Source of the DNA: Stegostoma tigrinum
Taxonomy: Eukaryota
NCBI RefSeq assembly: GCF_030684315.1
Contig: NC_081387.1
Span: 6,676,497 to 6,740,496, forward strand
Direction of reading: 5' to 3'
Length of the DNA stretch: 64,000 nt
The notes beneath the pieces are model-generated. The model had not been told where the DNA came from. It saw nothing but the letters and a program-made list of their open reading frames with translations, and searched no databases. Shown in pieces: positions 1 through 12,284 of this stretch (position 1 is the stretch's first letter; every line of letters starts with the position of its first letter). The translations under genes and the position numbers were made by a program.

Positions 1-164
1 TACCAGAAGCAGGAAGGTGGGCAGCCGCAGGCTGTCCCACTTGTACGTGACGTCCAACAGCAGCACCTCGGGATACCTCTCGAAGGTCTGCTTCATGCTG
101 CTATCCTGGAAGTAGATGGCCTGCAGCACGTTTGCCTTGCTGACCACCACAACCACAGTGGCAT
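1..164 (-). CDS. MULE-transposase-derived (ZSWIM3-like) gene, exon 5 (continues beyond window start); start of RNase H-like/MULE domain
   Basis: Acceptor ttacag|AT at 166/165. Translation (D)ATVVVVVSKANVLQAIYFQDSSMKQTFERYPEVLLLDVTYKWDSLRLPTFLLLV matches the MULE motif 'IFFQ..MK..F..FPEVL.iDaTYK'. Phase 1 matches the preceding exon. Confidence 0.9.
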
Positions 165-373
165 CTGTAACAAACAGCAGAGGCCGCAACATCAGACAGC
201 AGGAAGGAAGCACAGGATATTCAATCCATTGAGACAGACATGCGGGTTACTCAGCCCGTTGAGATTAACACACAAGTTGGTCAGCACAACCAGCTAGATA
301 CAGAGGCCATTTACCTGTCATAGAGTCATATAGCGAAGGGTGGGGAGTGGACTAAGATGGTGTGGTAGCAGTA

Positions 374-740
374 TGCTGTCCCTGGGCTGGGACAGTGTGG
401 AGCAGTGAGGGGTCAGTGAGAAAGCCTGTGCTGTCCCTGGGCTGGGACAGTGTGGAGCAGTGAGGGGTCAGTGAGAAAGCCTGTGCTGTCCCTGGGCTGG
501 GATAGTGTGGAGCAGAGAGGGGTCAGTGAGAAAGCACTGTGCTGTCCCTGGGCTGGGACAGTGTGGAGCAGTGAGGGGTCAGTGAGAAAGCACTGTGCTG
601 TCCCTGGGCTGGGACAGTGTGGAGCAGTGAGGGGTCAGTGAGAAAGCACTGTGCTGTCCCTGGGCTGGGAGTGTGGAGCAGTGAGGGGTCAGTGAGGAAG
701 CACTGTGCTGTCCCAGGGTTGGGACAATGTGGAGCAGTGT
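374..740 (+). repeat. 55-56 bp minisatellite, ~6.5 copies, in intron 4 of the MULE-derived gene
   Basis: tgctgtccctgggctgggacagtgtggagcagtgaggggtcagtgagaaagc(a)ctg recurs at 374, 429, 484, 540, 596, 652 and 706. Confidence 0.95.
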
Positions 741-783
741 GGATCCGCAATGGGGTGTGAGCATAAAGCACTTTAACACCTAC

Positions 784-982
784 CCTTGGCAGCTGCTAGT
801 GGGGGCACCATCTTTTCCAGGTCAGTCCGGTTTGTCTTGCACACACTCCATTTGTCTCTGCAGCTATCATCGCGGTGGATTCCCTGATCTGCTGTGACCC
901 CCAGGTTCTCCTTAATATCTGCTCTATTCCTCTGTACTGCACTGTCAAAGCGCCTTTGTCGTGGGAAGCGTTCCCTCTCAGC
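784..982 (-). CDS. MULE-derived gene, exon 4 (linker region)
   Basis: Acceptor tttcag|GCT, donor G|gtaggt. 199 nt open frame AERERFPRQRRFDSAVQRN...LAAAK. Phase 0 to phase 1 fits both neighbours. Confidence 0.85.
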
Positions 983-1804
983 CTGAAAGTTGGGAAAAGT
1001 TATAACTTTACTTCAATATTCCAAAAACAGTACTTGCATCCGTTCAATATAACACACTGCAGGAATATTACACAACGGAAAGTCACTGACAGTGCTAGAG
1101 GCGAAGAAAACCGTGAAAGCGGTATATTTTAAAGTAATCTCAAAGAGGAAAGCTAGACGCTGAGATGGTGGTGGGGCGGGGGAATTGTGACATTGGGTCT
1201 TATAGGACTTGGTGCTTTCATTAAAATTGGAGATCTTCCGCAGGTCACAATTAGTGGAGAGCAGACATATCGGAGGTTTGTGGGGCTGGTGAAGTTTGCA
1301 AAGGTCGGGAGGGTTTTTTTTTGTAAACGTATTATGTTTCAGAAAGTGGCGTGCTGTGTCACATGCAGAAATTTCATGGAAGGTACACCTGCAACTGTGC
1401 CTGAAGCTGACTAACCCGCGTGTCTGTCTCAATGGATTGAATATCCTGTGCTTCCTTCCTGTTGATGTGTGCTGGCATGAGGAAGGTACAAGTGCCAGTG
1501 ACCCTGTGTATCTGACTCTACACACAGGCAACTGCACATCTGTGTCCCTGCGGGTTGAACTGCGCACACTGCTAATTGTCTGTGCCCCTTGTATGTCGAG
1601 GTCTGTTAAGGAAGCCCTCTGCAGGGGTAACTGGGCAGTTGCGACCTTGTATGTCACTGACTGTGCGCTTGGAACTGCATCCCAGCACCCGTGGCAAGAA
1701 AACATGAAATGCAGGGTCCTCAAACTCTGTCAGCTGTTCATCTGGGACAACTTAAAATCTGTACCTGCGTGTCCAGGACTGCCCTGCATGTCCAGGATAC
1801 CCGC

Positions 1805-1985
1805 GTGTGTGTCACTAACAGCATGTCCAGTAGACCCGCCCCCCCACCCCGCCCACTCCCCACCCCACCCTACACCCACCCCCACCCCTTTGTGTGTCAG
1901 TAACTGCATGTCCAGTAGCCCCGCCACTGGGTGTGTCAGTAACTGCATGTTGGGGATCCCACATGTCAGTAACTGCACATCCAAA
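1805..1985 (+). repeat. Degenerate repeat gtgtgtcagtaactgcatgtcc with an embedded C-rich tract
   Basis: Motif at ~1805, 1891, 1930 and 1962. Poly-C/CCCCA tract at 1836-1888. Confidence 0.6.
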
Positions 1986-2024
1986 ATCCCCCAATGCACA
2001 TGTCCCTGCACACTTTGCACGTAC

Positions 2025-3080
2025 AGTCATTGAAACAGACCCTTCGGTCCAACTTGTCCAGGCTGACCAGATAACCTAAGTTAATCTAGGCCATTTGCCA
2101 GTATTTGGCCCATATCCTTCTAAACTGCTCCTATTCATACACTCAGTCAATGCCTTTTAAATGTCATAATTGTACCAGCCTCCACCACTTCCTCTGGCAG
2201 CTCATTCTATACTTACACCACCTTGTGTGTGAGAAAGTTGCTCCTTAGGTCCCTTTTAGATGTTTTCCCTCTCAACTTAAATCTGTGCCCTTTAGTTTTG
2301 GACTCCCCTATGCTGGGAAAAAGACCTTGGCTATTCACCCTATCAATGTCCCTCACGATTTTATGAACCCCCTACAGGGTTGGATGGGGAGGTGATGGCC
2401 TAGTGGTATTATCGCTGGGCTGTTAAGATCCAGGCAGGGGCCCAATCAAATGTTCTGGTGACCAGGGTTCAAATCCTGCCACGGCAGATGGTGGAATTTG
2501 AACTTAATAAATATCTGGACTTAACAGTCGAATGAAAACCACGAATCCTTTGTTGGGAAAAACCCATCTGGTTCACTTATGTCTTTTCGGGAAGGAAGCT
2601 GCCATTCTTGCCTGGTCTGGCCCATATGTAACTCCAAACCCACAGCAATGTGGTTGACTCTTAAGCCGCCCTGTGGGTAATTAGGGATGGGCAATAAATG
2701 TTGCCTGGTCAGCGACACCCTCACCCCATGAATGAGTAGACCAAAACAAAAACCCTCAGCCTCTGAAGCTCCAATGAAAATAGACACCGTTTTTCGTGCC
2801 TCCCTATAGCTCAAACCCTCTAACCCCAGCAACATCCTTGTAAATCTTTTTTGAACTCTTTCAAGTTTAACAACATCGTTCCTATTGGTGGGAGATCAGA
2901 ATTGAATCCAGGATCCCGAAAGTGGCCTAACCCATGTGTACAACCACAACATGATCTCCCAACTCTCACACAAGGCACTGACCAATAAAGGCAGGTGTGC
3001 CAGACACCTTCTTCACTATCCTGCCTACCTGCACTCCACCCTCAAGGAACTAGGTACCTGCACCTCTAGGTCTTTGCTCT
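2025..3080 (-). mobile_element. CR1-type LINE 3' fragment, interrupted by a SINE
   Basis: Minus strand encodes a degenerate CR1 ORF2 C-terminus (MLLGLEGLSYRE...) and the typical CR1 3' UTR. Confidence 0.8.
2385..2745 (+). mobile_element. tRNA-derived SINE (gatggcctagtgg... family)
   Basis: A-box tggcctagtgg and B-box gggttcaaatcc. Same body as the copies at ~44845-45195 and (minus) ~50480-50700. Confidence 0.75.
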
Positions 3081-3559
3081 CCACATCCACATCTAAGATG
3101 AAACTACTCTCAGCAAACGAGCAAAGCTCAAAATTCTAGTGATCCCACAAGCTTGCTGGAGAGCATCAGCTTCAACTATAAGCAACCCAGTATTCAACAT
3201 AACGACATCTTCAAGTTGAAAACCTGATTTGATGTTGAAACAAGAGGTGGTCTGACCCAATGCTGCAGACAGCACTTTTTAAAAAAAATAGCATATTCAA
3301 AAAGTGATCTAGTGTGGAAAGAGGACATTCAGCCCACTCTGCCTGTCACGGCTCTCTGAAAAAGATGCCCAATCAGTTCTACTCTTCCACTCATTCTCCA
3401 CAACCCTTCAAATCTCTACCTTCAAGTATTTATACAATTCTCTTTTGAACTGTATAACTGAATCTCCCAGTACCTTTTAAGCAGCACTTTCTCAGCTCAT
3501 AACAACTTGCTGTGCAAAAATAATTTCCATCTCCCCTTCTGATTAAATCTCTTGCCTCT

Positions 3560-3950
3560 CTCCCATGTCCCAGCCACGACCCCAAACACCAGGCCTTGTT
3601 ACCACATAGCTGCCATTACACACCTCCTGTTGTTAGTCACTAACAGTCCCCATTAAAAACCACTCACCCTCCCAGCCTGATCGTTAGCAGCTCCTTTGTC
3701 TGTTCAACTGTCTTTCTCTTTCTTTGGGCTCTATCCTACCGTTTACTCCCTACCCCACCCACCCCCCTATTTTCTGCATATAAACTGACGTTTTCTCAGC
3801 TACCATCAGTTCTGAAGAAGGGTCACCAGACCTGAAACATTAACTCCGTTTTCTCCTCCACAGGTGCTACCAGACCTGCTGAGCTTTTCCAGAAACTTTG
3901 TTTTTGTTCCTGATTTACAGCATCCCCAGTTCTTTTGGTTTTTATTTCGC
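3560..3950 (+). mobile_element. Penelope-like element 3' end (family with CTGAAGA hammerhead-like core)
   Basis: ctgaagaagggtcaccagacctgaaacattaact at 3812-3845, followed by the ...cagcatc...cagttct tail shared with 48265-48390; the core also recurs at 62520-62620. Confidence 0.65.
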
Positions 3951-4287
3951 AAACAATGAGATGTTGTTTCCAAAGTGGAAGGATCAGGAATCAGAGGAAG
4001 CTAATTTAATGTGATTGGTGACAGGAGCAATGGTGACATGAGGCAATGCTTTTACTCAGCAGGGGTTAAGACCTGGAATTCATTGCCTGAGAGTGCAGCC
4101 CAGGCAAACCGATTTATGATCTTCGAAAAGGGAATTTGTTCATCTTCTGAAAAGAAAAGAATTGGAAGGAAAAGGTGGTAGGGTCGGGACTGACGTGCTC
4201 TTGCAGAGAGCAAACAGAGTCCCAAAGTGTTAAATGGCCTCCTTCTGTGAATCTTCTCCAATCTGTCTACTTGACTTAAGTTAAAGA

Positions 4288-4599
4288 GGCACGGTGGCTG
4301 AGTAGTTAGCACTGCTGCCTCACAACACCAGGGACCTGGTTTGATTCCACCCTTGGGTGATTATCTGTGTGGAGTTTGCACCTTCTTCCCGTGGCTGTGT
4401 GGGCTTGATCCAGTTTCTTCCCTCAGTCCAAAGATACGCAGGTTATGTGGCTTACTAATGGTAAAATTGCCCATGGAGTCCGGGAATGTACACTAGCCAT
4501 GGGTAGTGCGAGATACAGGGATAGGGTAGGGTGGGATGCTCTTCAGTGTTGGTGACTCAATGGGCCGAATGGTCTGCTTCCACACTCTAGGGATTCTAC
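4288..4599 (+). mobile_element. HE1-type tRNA-derived shark SINE
   Basis: Head ggcacggtggctgagtagttagcactgctgcctcac, central tgtgtggagtttgca domain, CR1-like tail ending agggattcta. Confidence 0.8.
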
Positions 4600-4985
4600 G
4601 TAGCCCTTCATCCCTGGTGTGAATCCAGTCAATCTCTTCTGTGCCCACCACAATTCATGGCATCTTTCTTGGTGCCCAGGATTGAACATAATATTCCAGC
4701 TAAGGCCCGAATAGTGAATTAGAAACATTTAGTAGAACTTTATTTTTGTACACTTTCTGTATTTATGATGTCCACAATCTTGTGTACCTTTTTGAAACAG
4801 CCTTAACCTGGGAGAGGGACAGACAGAAACTAGGAGCTTTCCTGCTGCTCTGATGTTGATCGGCCTGCCGTGTTCATCCAGCTTCGCACCATGTTAACTT
4901 ATATTGAAGGGGATTACTGAATGTGCTTCAATGTTAGTGTCAGGATTTCCACACCGGCAGGAATCTGCTTGCTGGTTTTACTTAC

Positions 4986-5094
4986 CTCTTGTACTGTGTG
5001 GTTATGTGATTCAATCATCTCTTTCACCACAAACTTATCTCCATCCGGAGACAGGCGAACTTTAATAACGCAGGGACACTTGGTCTTGTTGGTT
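4986..5094 (-). CDS. MULE-derived gene, exon 3 (C-terminal half of the FAR1/WRKY-like zinc-binding domain)
   Basis: Acceptor ttgcag|A, donor GAG|gtaag. 109 nt encoding TNKTKCPCVIKVRLSPDGDKFVVKEMIESHNHTVQE (CP...HNH motif). Phase 2 to phase 0. Confidence 0.92.
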
Positions 5095-5399
5095 CTGCAA
5101 CAGACAATTGCAGCATTGTGTCAGGAGCTAGAGGGGGATTGCTTTTTGAATCTCCTTTCGCATCAGCATGTGGCACCAAAGAAAGATTATTAAATTCCTG
5201 TTTACAGCCCGCACAAGAGTCAAAAACTGAATAACAATATGGAATGCTCAGGAACTGCCAGTTTACATGTTTGCAATCCAGACTTATTCAAATATATAAG
5301 CATCTTTTTGTTAAAATTTTACCTCGAATGAACAGACTGTAGGTGGGCATGAGGTTTAAAAATGCTAATGTTGGTGAACACAGATAAGATTCCAGGTGA

Positions 5400-5895
5400 A
5401 GGAGGACTGGAGAGGGTTCAGACGAGATTTACCAGTTTGTTACCAGGAATAGAGCGTTTGAGCTATCAGGGCTGGCTGAGATATTGTTCCCTACAGCGTA
5501 GGAGGTTGAGGGGTGATCTTATAGATGTTTACAAAAATATGAGGGGCACACATACAATGAATGGCAAGTATCCTTTCCCGAAGGTGGGGGATTTCAAGAC
5601 TACTGGGTATATTTTTAAGGTGAGAGGGGGAAGTTTTTAAAAAAAAAAAGACACGAGGGGAAAGTTTTTTCTTTACACAGAGTGTGGTTTGCGTGTTGAA
5701 TGACCTTCCAGAGAAAGTGGTGGATGCAGGTAAAGTTACAGCACTCAAAAGACATTTGGATAAATACATGAATAAAGAATATTTGGAGGGATATGGGCCA
5801 AGCGCAGGCAGGTGGGATGAGTTTACTTTGGGATTATGGTCAGCATTGATTTGTTGGACTGAAAGGGCTGTTTCCATGCTGTGTGGCTCTATGCC
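5400..5895 (+). mobile_element. CR1 LINE 3' fragment
   Basis: LERVQTRFTSLLPG...RRRLRGDLIDVYK CR1 ORF2 tail plus 3' UTR. Confidence 0.85.
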
Positions 5896-6574
5896 TTCAG
5901 TAACGTGCCTACATTGCAAAAGCCAGGGTCTGAAGGAGCAGAGGAGATTCAGTGGGGGAGGTTGCAATTCATGAAGGATCTGTGTGAATGGATGGGAAGA
6001 AACTGTTTCTACTGGCTGAAGATTTGAGAATGAGATAGCACAGATTTACAATGATTGACCAAAGAATCAAAAGGGGACACAGGGTTAATCTTTTTGTTAT
6101 ATAGCAAGTGCTTAGGACACTGAATGCACTGCCCAAGAGTGAGGTCAAAGCTGACGTCATTGTGGTCTTTAAAAGAGGATTGGATAATTGAAGAGAACAT
6201 TTTTTGCGGGGCCACAAAGAAAGGGAGTTGGACTGGGTGAGTTACTCCCGCAGACAGCCAGCACAACCACAGCAAGCTAAAGAATCTCCTTCTATGTGAT
6301 AAACACCATACACTCTGCCAACAGGATCACGACCAAATAAAGTGTAGTATCTGTGCAGACATGGACACGATTTAGCTGGACAGCTAGAATCAGTTTATAC
6401 AGCCCTTTTCTGGACTTCTGAAAGCACTGTGTGGTTATTCTTCTTTGAAGCGTGGTCAGTTGTGTAATGTTGACATTGCCGACTTTTGGAGGTAGCTCCC
6501 TCAAATAGGAACGCAATAATGGCCATTATTTAGTTCAGCCGGGCTGGCTAGGGGATAACTTGTGCCCAGAAAAC

Positions 6575-6805
6575 TGGGGCTAATTCTCTCGCTTGTTGAA
6601 ATAATTGTGTTTTGCAACTATCTTGCAGGGCAATGGGGCCTCTGTTTCTCACCTTATCTAAAAGATGGAGCCTTCAACAGAGTAGCACACCTTTAGAAGG
6701 CTCTGGAGTTGAATTTTCAGCTAAGATTTTGGTCCATATCTCTGCAGTGGGGACTTAAACCCGTGAACTTCTGACTCAGAGGCGAACATACCATATACTG
6801 AACTA
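6575..6805 (-). mobile_element. Deu-domain (SacSINE1/AmnSINE1-like) SINE fragment
   Basis: Reverse complement resembles the Deu-type SINE at 51750-52740, with a tRNA-like head (gggtttaagtcccc). Confidence 0.5.
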
Positions 6806-7253
6806 ATGTCAACCTGCAACGGACATTTGGGTCCTCCATGTCTTGCATGGCTGTAAGTTAGCAGGTGGGTGGAAATGGACGTGGGTATTGCTTGTCGAGG
6901 TAAGGTAGAGAACAGTGTCACTTACTTCACTTACAGAACAAGACAGTACAGAGGAGGCCATTCAGCTCATTAAACCGGTACTTCTGATAGTTCTATCCAA
7001 TCAATTCCACTGCACAACTCCTTCCTCATGATCCCAAACTCTTTCTTTACTTTTAAATTGCTATCCATGTTCCTTTAGAAAGTGGCCAATTCTTTCTGCT
7101 TCCAGTGCCCTTCCAGGAAATCTAGCCCAAATTGGAACATATCGAAGTATTATAAACACTCCATATGGGCTCTGCTTTGGAATATGGGGTTACACAGTGA
7201 CAGCACGAGAACCAACTCAGACAGAGTGAGCCAACAGCCCCCGCACCCCTCAC

Positions 7254-7557
7254 CTTTGGTTTGTCCGCTTTCCGGTCCCTTTGGCCCTGAAGAGTTTGCC
7301 CCCGTGGATGCAAGCATAGTCGATCTCGGCAAACTTGAGTGCGTCGTTCATGGGCCGTTTGGGTGCCCTCCGCCTCTGGGCCTCGATGGTGCGAGAATGC
7401 CTGGTCCACAGCTGCACGGCACAGTCCCTCTGGTAGCGCCGGAACTCACGGTGCAGTTCGCTGTACGACGAGAATTCCGCACCCACTCGAAAGCCCACCG
7501 CCTGGGACATAACTGTACGTCTCCCACAACTGGGACGACCCAAGTGGGGAGTAGGAC
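7254..7557 (-). CDS. MULE-derived gene, exon 2 (ZSWIM3-N/FAR1-like DNA-binding domain, N-terminal half)
   Basis: Acceptor ttcacag|GT, donor AG|gtgag. 304 nt open frame: ...FRVGAEFSSYSELHREFRRYQRDCAVQLWTRHSRTIEAQRRRAPKRPMNDALKFAEIDYACIHGGKLFRAKGTGKRTNQR. Confidence 0.92.
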
Positions 7558-10169
7558 CTGTGAAGAAAACACATGGGGCAACAGGTCAGGGACCAGAACC
7601 CTGGAAAATGTGGGTGTGCAGGGGAAAGCGTTGGGGGGGTGTGTGCTCTGTGACGGACCTCTGGGCTGTACGTGTTAACTCCATACCCCATATGCCTCCA
7701 AAGTCATCCAATCGTAGTGGGTTTTCAGGCCAGCTGAGATGCTGACCCTTGGCAACAGGCAAGAGATTAGCAACCCTCTTAAATTGTTCTGATGTCTCAT
7801 TGAAGATTCACCTCAAGAAAACAACAGCAGTGAAAGTGTAAGCAGGAGGATGTACAGCATAATTGTGGGGTTTTGAAAATGATTCTCCTTGTTACTCATT
7901 ACTGATAGAAACTGAAGTGTGTGAGAAGTTACCTGGGGTAACTAGGACTGTGGGGTCATTAGATCACCCTGATCCAAATGAGTGGCACAGCACGGTCAGG
8001 GGGCCAAGTGCCTCATTGCTGCTTTTAAAGTATTTGGTTACATGACCAACAGCAAGGGCCTGGGCTGATGAAAGACAGGCAGAAATGAGGCAAAACCTCC
8101 GGTAACAACTGTACACAAACAGGGCCTTGAATGTTCCTGCTTTGACTATGCTCTATCTTGGTTACTCTCAGGGTTGCTAATGTTGAAGGTGGAGTTTCAA
8201 ATCGCTTGGGACTATCTAAAAACTGTTTACGCATAGTTTTAGGATCCAAATGCCAACCAATAGCTCCAAACAATGGATGCACAGCTAGGCTGAGGAGACA
8301 GCGACATGAAACAAGTTACCTTATCAACGTAGCAGCTGCAAGTAGGTTTGGTTGGTCTTTCAGGCAGTCAGTGGCCTTTGCCACATAATTCAACAGCCAT
8401 CAGCGCTAAAGATGCACCAAGTGAGATTTCTGTTGAAAAACAGTGGGAAGCATTAAAGATCCATTTGTACTATGGAGTGAAGTTTACACTGAATTACATC
8501 AGGCCTGCAGCACAGGAAGAAGCCGTGGATGATACCACTAGGATATCTCCTCCTGATGCCACATGCTAACCTCTCCCTGGTGTAAAGAGGTTTCTTTTGA
8601 GCACCCAGTTGGATTTCTTGCTGATTATTTAATGGCCCCTAGTTTTGGACTCCACCACTTCCCAACCCACCTCCCAACATACCCCCTTCCAGTAGACACA
8701 TCCGCTGATTGATGAAGCAGGTATATCCTAAATTCAGACATTAGTTGATCAGAATTACCCCAACAAGAGGCTGGAAAGGTTTCAGCACTGGCTGCAAAGC
8801 CTGCAAAAAGTTCCAGTCCTGACTCATATGAAGAAATCTCTCCGTCTATGTATAAATGGTGGCTCTGGGAGAATGGCTGAATTCAAAGCATAGCAACAGG
8901 CCATTCCCAATCGGTCCATGCCAATGCTCATGGGATTTACCAGCCAGCATATCAGTTCATTCCTTTCCCACCCACATCTCATTAACTGGTAATGTTAGGA
9001 CGTGATATAACTAATTTGTCACTTGGGAAACAAAGTTATAGTGTCACAGAGCATAGAAACAAGCCCTTTGGCCCATCATATCTATGTCAATCAGCAAACA
9101 TTGAACTATACTAATCTCATTTCCCTGCACTTAGTCTGTAGCCTACACATTGGCTCAGTTCTAAGATTTCCTCAGGTGTAGAATCTAGTCCCACAGAAAC
9201 AGACTATTTGTTCCTTCAGGCATGTAGAGTCCCTGGAAAGTGCTGTCCCATGTAGTCCAATGCTCCAGCTTCTTTCCACCTCCGTCTTCTCTGCTTAAAA
9301 GCTGGTCTAGCCAACTGGTCATCCTCAAGGAATCTGAGTTTCTCTGGCAAAACACACTTTCCACAGGCATGTTGTACACTGCAGCTATGAACGCTAATAA
9401 TAGAGGCTTCAATATTCTTCTATCACATGGCTGACCAGGAATCTCTCCAACTCTTAAACTCCTACCATCGGCCTTTGTAACAGGCATTTGCAGGTTGATA
9501 TTCAACCTGCTTGGCCACATTATGAATTTTTCTTGGCCATCAGGTCCTGGCCTGGCCCTAAAATTGAGTTTCTAGTTCCAAAGAAGGGATGCTACTCACC
9601 GCCCCACAAGACTTCCTCTTTTTCCATTGCAATTCAGCTAATTATTTTTCTTTAAGTACGTGTCCCACTGCCTTTAGAACTCCTTGCAGTATCTGCTACC
9701 ATCACACCTGCAGTTAGGACATTTCAGATCTCAGCAAACTTCTCTTGTCATCCATATCCCATTTTCTCTTAGTAATTTACGAACTACTTTCAAGCTAGGA
9801 CCTCCAGTTACTAGTCCACTTAACAGAAGGAATTGTTTCTCCTGTTTTGCTCTGTGCAAATACCTCAGAATTCTGATTGTCTCCATCAAGTCTCTGCTTA
9901 AATCTATCTATTTAAGGAGAGCGTACAAATCAGGAACAAGCCATTCAGCTCCAATGATAAATTTGTGAATGATGTGCTTCCGGCTTTGCTTCAACTCTCC
10001 TGTCTACCCCATACTTGTTAATTAAACATCATCTAACTTGGCCTTACAAATATTTAATGACTCAGCCTCCTCTGCACTCTGCGGAAGACAACTGCACAGA
10101 ACAACGACCCTCTGAGTTAAATATTTAAATAAGTAAATAAATATTTCACCTCATTTCTGTATTAAATAA

Positions 10170-10520
10170 AGTGTATAAAATCATGGAGGCTATAGATAAG
10201 CGAATGGCATACATCTTTTCCCTAGGCTGGAGGATTTCCAGACCCTGAAGCCTATTTTTAAGGTGAAAGGAGAAAGATTTAAAAAAGACATGGGGGCAAT
10301 TTTTTTAAACAGAGTGTGGTTCACGTGTGGAATTAACTGCTGGAGGAACTGGTGGATGTGGGTACAGCAACAATATTTAAAAGACTTTTAGATAAGTTAA
10401 TGAATAAGAAAGGTGTAAGGGATATGGGGCAGCAGCAGGCAGGTGGGACTGGTTTAGTTTTGGATTACAGTTGGCAGGGACTTGTTGGACCAAACAGTCC
10501 ATTTCCATTTTGATGACTCT
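10170..10520 (+). mobile_element. CR1 LINE 3' fragment
   Basis: Near-identical to the CR1 tails at 5520-5895, 11005-11370 and 46150-46470. Confidence 0.8.
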
Positions 10521-11004
10521 ATCCCTAATTTTTAAACTGTGTCCCTTCGTTCTACTTCTCAAAAGGAGAACATTCCCTGAGTAACTACATCGTCAATTTC
10601 CCTCAGGATGTTACGTGTTTCAATAAAATCTCTTCTCATACTGCGCAACTCCGAGAGGGCAGAAGAGAACTAGCTTCTCCATTATCTCCACACAACTCAT
10701 GCCCCCATTTTTGCATCATCCTTGGAAATCTCTTGTCTGCCCATTTGATCACATTGCTATCCTTTGTAAAGTACAGCTCCCAAAACTGCACACAACGACA
10801 AGACAATTTGCATTGACGTGCATTTACAAAACAAAAAATACGTCAAAGATGGGGGCCTCAGGAACTGTGACTTGGAGGAAAAAGAATACTAGAGCTGGTA
10901 AAATTAGATGGGGTTTATTTGAAAACAATTTGCATTCATAAAGCACCTTCAATGCAGTTAGTTATCCTCAAGACATTTTTCACTGGAGCTTGGGAGATTG
11001 ACAG

Positions 11005-11370
11005 GTGACCTTATAAAGGTTGAGAAAACCATGAGGGGTATAGGTTAAGTGAATGACAGGGAAAAGTGGGATATTTCGAGACTTGGGGGCATATTTTTAA
11101 GGTGACAGAAGAAAGGTTTTAAAAAGACATGAGGGGCAATTTTTTTACACAAAGTGTGGTTTGAGTGTGCAATGAACTTCCAGAGGAAGTGCTGGATGCA
11201 GACACAACTACAATGTTTAAAAGACATTTAGATAAGTACATGAATAAGAAATATTTGGAGGGATATGGGCATGTGCAGCCAGGTGGGGCTAGTTTATTTT
11301 GGGATTGTGATCAGCATGGATTGGTTAGATTGTAGGGTCTATTTCTGTGCTGTATGACTCTATGACTATT
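11005..11370 (+). mobile_element. CR1 LINE 3' fragment
   Basis: CR1 3' end with a ctatgactctatgacta tail. Confidence 0.8.
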
Positions 11371-11759
11371 AGTGCTTCAGGAATTCAAATCTGCCAAATA
11401 AGGAGAGATTAGGTCAGGTAACTAAAAGCTTAGACAAAGGGGAAGACTTGAAGTGTCATCTTAGAGGAGGAGTAAGACACGTTTTGGATGGAATTCAAGG
11501 TATTTACAGCCTTGTCAGCTAAAGCATGTCCCACTATGGGGAAAGTGATTAAAGGTCGAGGGTGTGGTTAAAGCCACAAATAACAACTCAGATATTGCTA
11601 GGATAGAGCATTAAAAGGATGGAGAGAGGCCATGGATGGGTCTCAAAACAAAGATGAGAATTTAAAAATCAAAGCATTGCTTAACCAAAATTGAAGGATG
11701 GGATGGCAAGCAAAGGGATGATAGGGGAACATAACTTGGTGCAAGGGTTAAAGAGGCGT

Positions 11760-12050
11760 AGAAATGCACAGCACAGAAACAGACTCTTCATTCCAACCCG
11801 TCCATTCTGGCCAAATATTCCAAATTAATCTAGTCCCATTTACCAACATTTGGCCCACATCACTCTAAAGCCTTCCTATTCATGTACTCATCCAGATGCC
11901 TTTTAAATGTTGTAATTATACCAGCCTCCACCACTTCCTCTGGCAGTTCATGCCATATATGCGTGAAAAAGTTGCTTCTTAGGTTCCTTTTAAATTTTTC
12001 CCCTCTCAGCATCAACCTATGCTCTCTAGCATTGGACTCGGTTACCCTGA
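11760..12050 (-). mobile_element. CR1 LINE 3' fragment
   Basis: Homologous to 2025-2310. Confidence 0.75.
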
Positions 12051-12203
12051 GATGTTCTGAAGTTTATGAAGGGTGGAATGAGGGAGGCCGGCCGGGGTAA
12101 CACTGCATAAGAAACAACGAATGTGTAAAGAAGTGTAAAGGATATTAGCATTTGTTGCAAATCAGTTGACTCTTAACTGCTTTCCAAACTCAATCGCAGG
12201 TTA

Positions 12204-12284
12204 ATAAAATGTGAGGCTGGATGAACACAGCAGGGCAAGCAGCATCTCAGGAGCACAAAAGCTGACGTTTCGGGCCTAGACCCT
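12204..12284 (-). mobile_element. Short Penelope-end fragment flanked by a 10-bp direct repeat
   Basis: Reverse complement of 17587-17668. tcgcaggtta at 12194-12203 and 12285-12294. Confidence 0.8.

Noticed and set aside
374-779. ORFs 450-641, 523-771 and 579-779, and repeated CACTGTG (RSS heptamer) motifs
   Set aside because: The ORFs are translations of the minisatellite. The heptamers have no nonamer at 12/23 spacing and no V/J segments nearby.
1013-2079. Long overlapping ORFs (236 aa and 245 aa)
   Set aside because: No recognisable domain, low-complexity repeat content, and intronic to a gene whose exons already join in phase.
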